In this document: positions 11,839 to 26,144 of the stretch, piece by piece
Numbering within the stretch: the stretch's first letter is position 1
How the letters are laid out: every line of letters starts with the position of its first letter
Assembly: GCA_012295275.1 (NCBI GenBank)
Contig: CM022665.1
Location: 18,972,001 to 19,036,000 of the forward strand
Source of the DNA: Chrysomallon squamiferum
Taxonomy: Eukaryota; Animalia; Mollusca
Length of the DNA stretch: 64,000 nt
Reading direction: 5' to 3'
Program-made: the position numbers and the translations under genes
The notes under the pieces: generated by a model
The model's database searches: none
Told to the model about the DNA's origin: nothing
The model's input: the letters and a program-made list of their open reading frames with translations, nothing else

Positions 11839-14800
11839 TACACTCCTTTTTATTTATTTATTTTTTAAATCCTACAACTATGAGTTTTATAACCAATGAC
11901 TATGACTAAAAGGCAATAGTATTAAAGATTTTATTTAACTTTAAAAACATTTATTCATTTATTTATTTTGTATTTATTATTTTTATTTTATTATTATTCT
12001 GTTCTCTTTTTTTTTTTTTCATACTTTTTAATTTTTACTGTGGACTTCTAAAAACAATAAGTTAAAAAAAAATGTGTTGAATTTTCACAAAATAAGTTGT
12101 AAGTCTGAAAAAAAAAAAAAAAAAAAAAAAAAAATTATAAGTACCACTTCAAACAGCAGCATTTCTGCTTTCTGTGAAATACATCATCCCAGAAGAGGGG
12201 TGTAAAACATTAAAATGCAGAAAAAGGCTTTCTTTGTATTCAGTATATTTTTGTGCATTTATCTTATACAAGGCAGTTTAGTGAATCAATTTGCACCACT
12301 TTTCAGAAATCATTTAATAATAAAGAGGGGAAAAAAAGTCATTTCAGTAGTGAAAATTGATAAAATGATACACAAAGAATTGTTTATGGGGAAAATCTCA
12401 AAATGGATAGATTCACCATTTTATCACAAAAAACAGTATTTATTCAAAATCATTTTGGGAAATTATGACATAAATGTTTTTCAATGATATAATCATTTTA
12501 AATATCATCTAGTTACACCCAAATGGTAAATCATCAATAAGACAATTTTCAAACATCTATACTTTTTATCTCTTATCTATTTTCGGCTGAAAGTGTGATA
12601 AAAAAGAATGAAATGTTTAATGTGGTGAGTTCTGTTAAACAGTATTTTATCACCAGATGAAAATATATATCAATAAACTGTGAAAAATGTACTGACATTT
12701 CTTGTAATATTAACAAATGCTTTAAATTCAATGGTACAAATGTTTACTTCCTCTGAGTATATCCTGTTAAAACGTGATTGCTGTATGCAAGTAATAATCT
12801 TTTAGTAATATTCTGCTGAATTTATATATTTATAATTCAAAATTATCTGAATTATAGACATCCTTATTTGACTGTATATTTATTATTTAACTTCCAGTGA
12901 ATAGATTTTTACCTTCTTGTATAATCAGTAATAGTTTTAAAATCTATTTATTTGTGAGGTGAATTATATTTTTTATAGTATATGGAAGATATCTTCAACT
13001 GGAAGAGTGAACAAGTTCTTTGAAGATTTGTTCACAAAGGAACATAATATTTGCAGTAAGAAACAAAATGATAGAAAGACAGGATAAATGAAAGTATCAA
13101 ACTATTAATAATTTACAGCTCTTGAAAGCAAAGAAACCTAGTGACATTAATAATATAATTCCTCTCTCAGCACAAGTATTTTGTTTCCAGTTTTGTTGTG
13201 TATTGACTACAATTTCTGCAACTTGCATGCCATGTGATGATGATATATTTACCAAGATGCAGCAGATGTATTTCTGGTTTTCCATTGTATTTTGGTCTCT
13301 ATGTATTGTTACTTGTCTGTAAACCAATGCGCCATGTTCATGACTAACATATTACTGATATTATCTGCCCATACAATATCACTAACAGACCTAATGTTAA
13401 TTTTGATTTGTCACATATTATATCAGTGTATTTCTCACATAATTAAACATGCCCTCAAAATCACATCTGCAGTATTTACATATTTCACATTAATGTAAAA
13501 CAGTAATAGACATGATGATTTAAAAGTGAATTGTTACAAATCATAGCATATGTATTAACAGCAGAGAAATCTTCAAAATTAACAATAAAGTTGACGTGTA
13601 TCGTATGTAGATCTCTAAGATTCAGTATCAATAGTTCTTTAAATACAGTTTATTTCTGTTCTGAATTTTATTCTTTATTTTGCTAATTCTATTTTAATGT
13701 ATTTGAGCTGTTTGTCATCATTTTCTAAATTATCATATCATTATTAGTTGCCCAACACACAAACAGAACAACCTGTCAGGTTAACTGAAGTTAAATGACA
13801 AAAACAACTGAAATAAAATATTTTTTTCTTCTTTAATTTCAACTGATAAATTGCAACAACCCTGTAAATGCATATGTTATGACAAATGCATATGTCTTAC
13901 AATTCTTTTCTTATTCTTTTTTTTTTTTGATAAATGCTTTCTGCTAAAAAGTAATTTATAAATTTTAAAGATTATTGGATTAAAGAAAAAGTATGACAGG
14001 ACATTATTTTACAAACATAAATATTTCAGTAATGACTATTTCTATGTTAAATTATATTATTATATTTATTATTATTATTATTATTATTATTGTTATTATT
14101 ATTATCTTCTTTGTAAGAACAGTATTATTTTGTATCGGTCTTTTATAAGATAGGGTATGTATGTGTTTGAATGTTGGACCGTGTACCTGGGGTTTTTGTG
14201 TGTGTGTGTGTGTGTGTGTGTGACATACAATGGTACATATGTATGAATTCAGTCAAGACTGTGTATGTGTTTGTATGTGTGCACATCTGTGTATGTTTCT
14301 GCATGTGTGTCTGTGTGTGTATGTGTTTACAACTGTGTGTGCATGTATATGTGTAGGTGTTAGATTCTGATTGGAATTGGAAATAAAGTTAAAATATTTT
14401 GCCTTAGCTGAGCACACTAACCACTAAATTCTCTGTGTTTCTGTGTACACATCTGTGTTGATACACGATTCATGCATTTATGGCTTGTTTACTAATAAAT
14501 ATATAAATATATGTCAGTATCTGTAATTGCTAAATTATAAATATCTTGAAAATAGTTTCTTGTACAACTGTTTATGAATGTTTTGAAGATGTAGAATTTT
14601 ATAGTGAGTTATTTTCAGGTAGATTATCATTGTACGTCAATGATTTTAATAATAAACAGTAGATGATGATGAGAACCAACTTTACATCATGGAAATGGCC
14701 TGAGATCTTATTCACTACAGGATCAAACCTTAACAGTTTCCACATCTATTTCCTGTTTCATTCAGTGGTCCCTAAGTGGTTTATCAAATGCTGTGATGTG

Positions 14801-16710
14801 ATGTGCTTTGCCATCTGTATAAAGGTATATATATATATATATATATATGTGTGAAAGATCTGTTGATGAGTGATCCATGACATGGCAGTAGCATGTTTCC
14901 AAGTAATGTATCACCATGGAATGTAGGGCAATTGCTCACCAGACAATACCTCACTAGATAATTGTTCACCTTTAGGTTTTTTATTAGTAAAATGTTATTT
15001 GTTATTTTATTAATAAAAAAGAACAGAATTTATTGATGATAACAAAGAATATATAACATAGAATTTCAATTTGCACAATTCATTTAAAGTTTCTGAGGTT
15101 TCTACAATTGTTTAAGGAGGCAGTTACTTCTGACTAATTATGAACATCAAAAGCATATAATGTGTTTCAGGTACAGGTGTTAAATACTAATTACAGTATA
15201 ATTTTGGGACATCTACTCAAATAGTGTTGGTTTAGGTAAATCAGATTTTTAAGAATTATGTACTGTTTTTAGTAGTTAGTTTCAGCCTTTTTATCATTAC
15301 TCTGCTAGACTTAACACTTTGACTATTAAAGCCTTAAAAACATTCGAAAATTTAGCTGATTTAGGATTAATTTTGTTATCTTACTTACTTTGTTTATTTA
15401 TCAATCGGATATTCCCAATCCCACCCACCCATTTACAGACACATATGTAACCTAAAATTTTATTGATAAAAAAGTTGAGGAACCTAATTTATGATGCAGT
15501 TCTCTCAGCCCATATATAAATCACTGGCCACAAAATATATTTTTTGTCCAAGCTTTCTTATGCAACATAATTCACCTGTTTAATATTTTTATTGTTACAT
15601 TTTTAAAAAAAATGTATTTAACTCCTGTATGATCGTGGAATTTTTTATTTTTGGTTTTTTTTTTTAAATTTGCTGATTTCAAATTAAGAAAATCTATGAC
15701 AATATTATCAATCTACATTTAAGAATTCTGGATTAGATATATGCATACTAATAAGTGTAAAATATTTACAAATTCCCCTATCAGTTTATTATATCTGAGT
15801 GTTCTGGTATCAGTAAGAACGTGAACAGTACAACTAAATCAAGGAAACATGATTATTAAACCCTTTCTACACTCTAATAAAAAACAAAACACTGTAATAT
15901 ACAAACTAAGTTCCTTCTTGGAGGTAAATCAAAATTTATTTATTTGAAAAGGAAAACAATCAAATGTTGTTTGTGATATTCATCAAACATTACATTTTGT
16001 AACAAATATTTATATTGGTCCAAAATATTTATATTGGCCAAAATTAATGAAAGACAAATGAATAGAAGTTTTAGGAAAAAAAAAGGAAGTACAAACAAGC
16101 ATAATAAAATATGCTCCATCAGTTAGAAAAAATAACAACAAAAACAACAATAATAATAATACATTTAAAAAAAAAATAATAGCAATTGTCTGATTATATT
16201 AAGAAGAATGAATCGGTGAAATAAAAAGTAACAATAAAACAGCATATCTAAGATTATATATTTAATCTATTCTGATACATGCTTTAAATCCATAAAATAT
16301 TTATGGATGTTTTGTAATATTCAATCTTGTAGGTTTTGAAATACATGTTTTCTGATATTTCAAAGCACTTTGATGAATTTTCAATTTTACTTTTTTTATT
16401 TTTTTACACATAAGTGGGTTGGAACATATTTATGAGGATCTATTAAGTCATTTCTTGCAACAAACTGATCAAAAAAACAAAATGAGCACACGACAATATA
16501 AATAACAGTTAAAATAGTAATTTATATATTTTATAATAACATGTCATCATAAATGTATAAGTTTGTTTTATGCCAGAAAACTGTTTTTCTGTATTAAATG
16601 GCATTAATAAGGTTACATGACTTGAAACAACATGTGATAGAATCATTGTAACCACTGAAATAAAATCAGTGCAGATAGTAATTTGGTTGTTGCCATGGAA
16701 ACATGACTTT

Positions 16711-18316
16711 TCACTGTATACGGACAGAAGTCAGCTGAACATCACCGGTAATGCTGAGCCAGTTCACTGTATTCAGTGGCTGTATTCGATGATAAAACTC
16801 ACAGAAGTGCTGATTGTTTACAGCAATCTGAAATAAATTATATATATATATATAAGACAGAGACAGACAGATACCCACACACTAAAACAGACTGAATTTT
16901 GCTGGCTTTTTAAAGCGGTAAAAATATTTTTTTCCTACCATTTCATTTTCTAAGTTTCTTTTCCAGCCAGTGTGCTCCATGACTGGGGTGATACAAATTG
17001 TGATGTATGTTTTTTTGTCTTGGAATGTGCTCTGTTGTGTGTAATGAACTTAATCATTATGAAACAACATGTTTTCACACCTAATTATTATTAACAAATA
17101 TTCATTCATTCATTCATTACTGTTACTATATCTGTGAATATGTAAACGTTCTTATAAATCTTTAGTTTCCTTTGATCACTCAAAACTAATAAGTTTACAT
17201 AACACTTTATTTATCAGTGTTACAGTGCCTCTTCAAGAAATTGCCAGAACATTTTTGAAGAATTCATCCTATAATTTTATCCCATAAAACAGAAGAATAC
17301 ACTATTTCAGGTACTGTTGTTCAACTAGGTGAAACCAAAAGAAACTAAAATATTTAGTTTGTCCCCTCCCCGGCCTCCTAAAAGATGAAACAAAAGAGGG
17401 ATTCTGCCTTCAATTTGATGCCTCAGAAATGAAATACATTTTTGTCTCTACATTCTGTTGTTTTCAGATCTGTTGCTTATCTAGAACTTTATAAATATGT
17501 GACATAGTTTCATTTATGTTGTAAAATTTCAACATCGATTCAAGAAATCATCAAACTGCATCATTATGAGATACTGCACACAATTCTTGTGCAGGAACAA
17601 TACCTTGCATGAGGGAATTGGTCAACAACGAGAATACTAGTGGCCATAGTTTTGTTGGCAGTACCAACATGCTGGTTTGTCTAAAAGGTTAAATGGTAGA
17701 AAAGTATAGTACTGCCAGAACAAAGAATTGCCCACAGTTTTTAAACCATTATTATGTGGACCAAAATGGCAGAAATCTGCAGACAGGTGGAGAACTCACG
17801 TCACTGACTTATTACAAATAATAAGTAAATAAAATGATGAAAAATTCAAATAACATACAGTTTAACATAAATTAATGCTATAAAATAAAATTATATTAAT
17901 AATCTTTAGAAAATCTAATAATGATGTGGGATGGCTATGAAACATGTTTGATGCACTATGGATTAGTACTCGGTTATATAACTTAAAGACAATAAATGGT
18001 TCTTACTTTTTCTTATATAATGAATTGATAACACTGAAGTAGATATACTGCAAATAACATTATCAAAAAGGAATTATGCTTCTAAAAAGTTAATTACCTT
18101 GATGCTTGTAGCCTGAATTAAGATAATCATATCAAACATAGTCTGTGGAGCAAAGGGAAAGTAACTGGCATGTCGTTCTTCAGTTCCCCAAGTGTTGGCT
18201 TGTTTATGGTTTCTCACTACAACATATTTACTGTCTCCAAAATTGAATCGTGCATCAAAATGCAGACCAACATCATTCATGTCAAGTGGGCCACACTGGA
18301 GATTGACTGTAAATCT

Positions 18317-18360
<44 letters not shown>

Positions 18361-21300
18361 AATATTTAGTTTTTAGCTGCAATTTAAAAAAAAAACGAAA
18401 TGTGACTGTATCTGGAAACTTCATAAATGGTGTTTTAATTTTTTTTATTTTTTTAAAGTATGATTGTTACTTATAATTTGTAGCATAATAAATAAATAAA
18501 TAAGTATAAAAATAGATAAATACATCAATTAATATTCAATAGCTGTGTCTGGAGAAAAATTGAATCCAAATACAAACAAAAACTGCAGAAAGAAATCCAG
18601 TTTTTAACTAATACCAAATTTTGATTATAATTAACTCATTTCTAAAACAAAACATTATGTAAATAATAAAAAAATATTTATCTAAATTGAATATAACAAC
18701 CTCTTGAATGTAACATTTTGAAAATGGAGAGTGAAAGTAAAAGGCATAGAAATTGTAAATGAAATAATTTCTCAGAACAACACAAACCTTGATGGATTTG
18801 GAAATGGAATTCCTGAAATGAAAATCATGCGTCCTGGAAACAGGCTTCCTGGTATTTGTGTTAAATATGGCACAGGCTGTCAAAAAGCACAACATAACAT
18901 GACTGAAAGCAAACTCTGTGATGAATCTTTATATCAGTAATTTAAAACAAAAATCAATAAATCAAACAGCAATGATTTAAATACTACAGGTAATTTTATT
19001 TAATTTTAGGTTTTATTAAAGGTGATAAAAACAGCAAAATTTTCAATTAATTACTTAAAATTTTTGACCATTTAAAAATAATTTTTAACACTTCAACTTA
19101 AAGGCATATCAGACAACACAAATCTAATAAAAAAATTTTTTATTTTCCTACTTACAGGGTTTCCTACTGCCAGGACTGCTGGCATTGGCATTTGTGGAGC
19201 ACTTCTCTTTAATAAATAATTAAATAATTAAATAAATACTATTATAAATAAGAAATTAATAAATTAAATATTTATAAATAATAATTACAATGTAAACTAG
19301 TGAATATATAAATGGATAAATGGATAAATTAATAATTAAATTTATTAAGCAAGTAGGTAAGTAAATGAACATTAATATATAAATAAATTAATAAATATTT
19401 AAATTAGACAGTAAATAAAGCAGTATAATATTATCCTTAGGTAAGCAAATAAGTAAATCTGTCATTTCATTTTACATAAATAAAAAAAAATTCTTATAAT
19501 GAAATAAATAAATAAATCCACCACTTAGCTCTCATGTTCCAATTTATTTATTTTTCTTAACATAAACAAATAACAAGCTCAGTAACAAAAAATTTCCCCA
19601 ACTTACCAAAGGATCAAGTGGAACCTACAAGTAAACAAAATTATAAATAAATACACTTACATAAATACATGTACAATGCTTCCAAACAAGTGAAGCAGCA
19701 GGTATGAACAATAAATAAATATACAATATAGGCATATTACTATCCAAATAACTGTAAGACTGGGACAAAGAATAAGTACACAAATAATAAATAAATATAC
19801 TATATGTATATCTCAAAACAAACATTAAAATTAGAAGAATATTCTACACAAAAAATAGTCACACTACTGCAATCTTCATAACTATGTGACATGAATTAGC
19901 TATGTACATCTGAAATATCCTTCTTAATAATTATACATGATTTAAAATATGTTTTACTTTTATAATTATGAATTGTGACAGAACCTTATTAGTGCCTCTT
20001 TGCCAAACTAGTTTTTAATCATAATTTTGTTTTCTATCTAGTAAATTAAATAATATTCACAAATTTTTTATTTTTATATGCCCATTTAAAGTGGAATTTC
20101 TGCTACATTTTGTATTCAGTATATTATTATTTAGCTATCATGTATAATCAGGTTTATAAATTCATATTTTTACAGTTCTTCAATGTTTAGCTAATTAATG
20201 TCAGGAAATGGGGGTAACTACACAAAAACTAAATAGCAGAATGTATGCAGACAACTATAGGCTGTTTAGAAGCTGTATTATATAATTAAGGGAAGTTCCT
20301 CTATTTTATAAACTAAGAAACACTGGGATTACAAACTCAAAATTGGCATTTAAGTTGCAAAGTAAACCCAGAAAGGCTGTCTGCAGAGGTGTTTCATGAA
20401 TTCCCATGAAAGTTCTATAAATATTTACAAACGTTTTATACAAGATCTTTTGATCAGTGCACCATTTTGAAACACATTGTCTGAGGGATGTGTACTCAAG
20501 ATAAAGGATCACTCAGGCAGTGTTAACTATGGTTTAAATGTTTTTTATGCAACATACATGTTGATGCACAGAAAACAGCCAAGTATATTTCTGCTGGGTA
20601 TTATATAGTGTTATTCTGTGGTACTTACTTGTGCTTGAAAACAAAGTAACAAACTAAGATAACTTATTTAATAACTAAAACTATAAATTGTGTTACTCTT
20701 CAATTTATTCTTGAAAACTTACCACATTGCTTAGTCCAAGAGGCATTACACCTTGAACTGGTGGTGAATATGGAGGCTAAGAAAAAGAAAATAATTATAT
20801 TAATAGTACACTATTAATTACAAAAATAAACAACTTAACCTTATTCACTTCTTTTAATTCTGTTAAATTAAGTAATTTAAATTAAAAATTATATATATAT
20901 ATATATATATAGATATATAATAATAATAAATTAATGAATTAAAAGTAAAAGAAACAAATAAACAAAACAAACACAAAAACTGGATAAAGTAAAAAAAAAA
21001 GAATGAAAAGAAAAAAAAAGAAGAAATTTAACAAACTTGATCAGAAAATATTATCTTCCCTTCTAATATATTTTGAATTAATACAAATTAGATTAATAAA
21101 GTCAAACAGAATAAACAATTTTAATATGAAAATAAAATCCCTGAAATAAAAACTAATTTAAAAATCTTTCTTGTTATTAATAAAACATTTATTGCATTTT
21201 CAATTTTATGTCAGAAATAAATGTTGCTTATATCCTTGTTCTGATTTGAATTTAATATTTAAAAAAGATGTTAATGATTAGAATAACTGACATGGATTGT

Positions 21301-24300
21301 GTAAGATAAATGTCAGTAGAAAACACTATTGTACCCCATTTAATATATTCTATAACAGTGTATTTATTTTTCCCTACATTGATTCAGTGTAAAGATAATT
21401 ACTATTTAGAAAATTAGTCAACACTGAAATTTATGCATGGGTATAAACTTCAAGATTTGTGTAACACAAATTTTGTAGGCATTAAACAGGGATTCATGGT
21501 TTTTACATGCAGTAAAATTCCTCTAAACTGAACTCCTATGGGACCAGATCAGATGTTTGGTTTAGAGAGCTGTTGAGTTTACTGAGATTTCAAGAGACAG
21601 CCTTTTCAAGATGTATATGTAGTGGAAAACAAAACAAAAAAATTAAGAAATTAAAGTGTAAACTTTTTATAAAGATTGCTGAACATTTTTAAAGTTCTCC
21701 ATTGTTGTTTGTTGGGAAATAGTGTCTGATTTTGGTAAACTTTCATACTTTTAATCATTTTAACTTTATTATCTGGTAACAACTCAACTCAACACCGTAT
21801 TAACTGACTTTCTGACTTTTCTTGAAACTGAAATGAAATGATATTGAAATTACTTTGAAATTTACCACAAAAATTCTTTTTTTAAATGATTGAAATAACG
21901 AAAAAGCTGATAAACTGAAAATTTTACAACAGATCTGGTTATATCTTATCCAAGTCCTTACTGGAGCCTGTCCTCCTTCAAACTTGATAAAGCTGACTTC
22001 AACACCTCCAGATATCACCAAATATGTCAGTGATTCTTTTGGAATGCGATGAGTGAAGTTGGTGAAGTGTTTTCCGTTGATAGAAATCTGGGGGGAAAAT
22101 ATTCATATTAAATCAAAGACACTTTCAATTTTAACAAATATAACAGAGAATACTGTTTTCTTTAGTTATTTCATTTTAAGTGTAAAACAGATACATAACG
22201 AAAAGTTATAAAATTGTAAGATAAGTATTCGTGGAAATTATGTTTAAATTATAAATGACAATGCCACTGTAGGATTATGAACTTAGAATAAATCTAAAAG
22301 GTAAAACAGACTTTTAAAAGTCTATGCAAGCATTACTGGTTCTTTTATTAAAATCCTAATTTCTTATTATTTCATTGTATACATTAAAATATTGAACTTC
22401 CTTTCTTTTCTTATAAATATCAGCCATTTGCCAATTTAAGCACATCAAATACCTTGTAGCACTTGTGATTAACCATCATTATGATTTCAAACGGGGTTCC
22501 TTTTTTCAATGGGAGACCACCTTGTCTTTCTTCTGTAGCCCAGGATCCCTTCTCTAAGGAATTTCTCACAATACAACCTTCATTGAAACGTGGGTTGAAA
22601 TGTAGTCCAGTTTCTGTCAAAGGTTCAATATTTGGACCCACACACAAGTTAATGCTGAAGCTGAAATAATCATTTCAAATGATGTTTTAAAATTTCATTT
22701 CTTTCGGTGATAACTATTTTTATCAAATGCTGTGTTTACATTTTGCTCTCTGTTAATATATATATATATACAAAAGATCCTTTTTACTAAATTCAAAAAG
22801 CTTGTTTCATTATCATACATAAAATTCAATAATTACTCTATTCAAATAAAATATGAAATTTTTTTTTTTTCTTTTTTAAATTTTAAAATTCATTTTATCC
22901 AATGAAATGATAAAAATATATGTAAGAATTTTATTCTGATATATAAAATCTGGGACCTTCTGCTAGTACAAACACTTAGTCACATTTTCTCTTTAATTAA
23001 TTTCTCAAGTATACTAATCTATTCATCTCAAAGAGTCAAGGGAATGTAAAACAGAAAATAATTAATTTTGTTCATTTTAAAATATAATGGTCTCTTTATA
23101 TGGATGGAAACATATTTTTGTGTTATTACTAATGATTCTGAACCCAAATGCCTATTTGATGGGGATATATGTACAGAAAACAACAAAAATAAGGTTCTAT
23201 TTTAAAGAAAAAAGCTGTATAAAATAATAATGACAGTGATAAGACTAACCTGTTGTGGTGACGAGGAACTTTAGCTTGAACAAGGATCATTTTCCCAACA
23301 GTAAGACCACCAGGTATGGGACTGGAGAATGGAATACTCTAAATTGAAAAATAATTACTGGAGCTATTCAGTGCTAGAACTCTGATAGCAAATAACATTC
23401 TTCAAAGTTTAATGACAGGTCAAAAATGTTCAGGAGAGTCACTAATGGATGATGATACAACTTTAAGAGAAAATGAGTTTCAAAAAATAAAACAATAAAA
23501 AAAATTCCCATGGAAACCATAAAGGACACTTCTGGCAAGTGAAAACCTCTGCATCCCAAAATGGTTGGGAAAATTTAATAAACAAACAAGCATCATAATC
23601 ATGTAATGTGGTAATTATTTTGTAACAATAAATCTCCCGTAATACTAGAAATTAGTAATCAAGATCAAATTATAATTTGTACATCTATTAACACAACTAT
23701 TCCTCTAAGTCATATGCAGAGATAATCAGTTATTCAATATTTTCATTATTTATTTAAGAAAACAAAAATAAAAAAGTAAAAGAAAAAGACAAAAACAGAT
23801 GATAAACAGTTAAGTATTATAAAATTTGTGATTTATTGTAATATTGTAATACAGTGACAAAAGTCATATCTGATTAGTAGTAAAAGGTCGCCTGCTCTTT
23901 GTGATGGGTAATTACTTTCCTTGAAGGTGTTCACTCATCCAAACTTCTATTTCATCACTGTTTTACATATTTTCCAGAACAATGACTTTCACGATACAGT
24001 ATCCACATTCAGTTTCATCTTCATATTCATTGCTAGCCATGTGAGACTAGATAAGCTACATAGAATTATCAGAATAATGTACTGTTTCAAACTAACATCA
24101 CACTGACAAATGTAAGACTTTCTCCTTTAATCTTCTGTATTTCATACACATATAATGAGCAAGGTAGCAAGGTAGCAGGTACTTAATTTGAAGCAGCCAG
24201 ATGTGACATGTTAACATTTCAGTTATTTTACTGTGTGATTGAGTGATTATGTGGCATAATAGTCTAGTATAATGCTGTTTAAATAACATTTTCTTTTTGA

Positions 24301-25954
24301 TAAATATATTGATTACAAGGAAAATTCTTAGCACGTTAGTGTCCAAACTTAGAATCATGTTTGGTGACTGGGTATTCTGTAGTCCATACTAATAATCTGA
24401 CTGGATGAACTGTTTTTTAATGTTGATTTAATGGTTCTAATTAGTGCAATTAGTAATTAACTAAGATGCATGAGCAATAGCAATATCCTTAAAAATACTG
24501 TATAGATCTAGATATGGATGATTAAGCTGTCATGGGGCATGTAGAATATGTTATAATGGGGGCAGTCCTAAATTAAAATAACCACAGTGTGGTGAAATAA
24601 TTTTTTTGTGATGCATTGAAACTGATATTGATATTTTTATTTATCAGTTAAAAATATGTAAACAAAAAATATTATCAGTATAACAATAATGATGAATAAA
24701 TACCATTTCCAGGAGACTTATTAAACCCTTGTAGCAACAAGATAAATATTAAATCACTAATTATTTACTTGTATAGTTAGGTAATTCATTTTTGAGTTAA
24801 TACAGCAAATATGTCTGACACTTCATTAATAGTATTATTTACATGTAGGTGTCAATTTCAATTGTCAAAAGTAACAAAACAACAATTTAAAGTTGCATTT
24901 TCTAGATAGAGCATGAACAAATTTGTTGATGATACTGGAAAGATGTTTCACACAGTTCATGTCCAGTACTAGTTAATCTGTTTAATTTGTTTTGTCCCAA
25001 GGTGAAAAAGAATTTCAATGAAATATGCATTTAAAAATAGTTGACGTACATAAAATAAGCATGTGAACTTCAGGAAATACATAGGTATGATTGATAGGTC
25101 GCAAACCATGACAATATCAAGAGCTTACAGCTCAAAATATAAGAAGTGATATCAAGTTATTAACAAAGAAAATTGTCCAGTAATTATTCAGCTCCTGCCA
25201 TACTGTGCTATTTTCAAGTAACAATTTGAAATAAAATGGAGTGAAAGAAGTATATATGCATATATGATATAACGACACTCTAGTTTAAAGGTTGATTGTT
25301 TGTTTTTCTTTTCCAAAAATACAAATTGTTTAGAGGGTTGTGAACATTGTGGCGGTTCAATATATGAGAGATATGATTCCAAAGTGATATTTGTAAAGCT
25401 TTAACGGCCTACTTATAATGTTATCTGAAATGATGAATAAATTAAACAGCAGCTCCACTGACATGTGAACATTAACTATGCCAGAAAACAAAATGCAAAT
25501 TTCAACAGACAGCTTCTAAGTTTTTACTGTTACGTTAATCTGGAACTGGCTCTAGAAATCATCAAATGTTTTATTTTAAATATAATTTATGTATATAATT
25601 ATATTGGTATGAATACGAAATATTCAAGGTTTATGTTGCCAAATAACTGAAATAAATCAATTTTTACGTAGACTTTGATGGAAAAACGCCAGCAATAATT
25701 TCTGGAAACACATTTGATTACTCTTAGACTGGATTTGTTGACTTGTTATGATTCTGAATACTGCTGCTAATACTAGTAGTAATGTTACAGGTAGTGGTAA
25801 CAGGTAAGCCTACAAGTTGAAGTTACGACGACTCAGGGTGAAATGTATTTTGAACGTTCTTACTTTGTTCACCGTTTATCTTTCATCTACTAACTAACAA
25901 ACGGGTAAAAAAGATATATAATATTATATTTACCGGATTTACAATAGTACTCAT
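16711..25954 (-). CDS. Tandem-repeat (two-CRD) galectin A, galectin-4/8/9-like, ~329 aa, 10 coding exons
   Basis: Exons (minus): 25954-25934 MSTIVNP; 23338-23250; 22660-22453 (LHFNPRF..VRNS..WATEER); 22087-21962; linker exons 20776-20723, 19624-19607, 19206-19156; 18876-18788; 18314-18098 (LHFDARF..VRNH..WGTEER); 16827-16711 (..ITGDVQLTSVRIQ*). All GT-AG, phases consistent, total 990 nt. Confidence 0.93.
21510..21600. mobile_element. Old Tigger/pogo-like MITE end fragment in galectin A intron
   Basis: CAGTAAAATTCCTCTAAACTGAAC...GGGACC...GTTTGGTTTAGAGAG resembles the subterminal structure of pogo-derived MITEs; second end not found. Confidence 0.3.
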
Positions 25955-26144
25955 TGTAGATTATACCGATAACATAAAATTAAAACTGAAACAAAAGCAA
26001 AGATCGCAATTCCCAGAAACGAAACAAAAACAATATGAATTGCTTCCGCTTTTCTGAGAAACGAGATTACGCATTGTAAATAGAAGGTCAAGGTTAGTTA
26101 TTTATAACTACGTTTCGAATGTCTCTCTTTTATATATCTATATA

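Noticed and set aside
12979-13320. Possible small exons on either strand (e.g. IWKISSTGRVNKFFEDLFTKEHNIC)
   Set aside because: Splice-like sites exist but could not be joined into a coherent gene.
16961-17010. Segment ccagccagtgtgctccatgactgg (and tcctgtctgtg...cttgctact at ~44360-44400) reminiscent of a mollusc SINE core
   Set aside because: Too short and degenerate to call without alignment.
18731-18940. Plus-strand ORFs overlapping galectin exons (also 22481-22669) and minus ORF 34878-35117
   Set aside because: Antisense shadows of real galectin exons.
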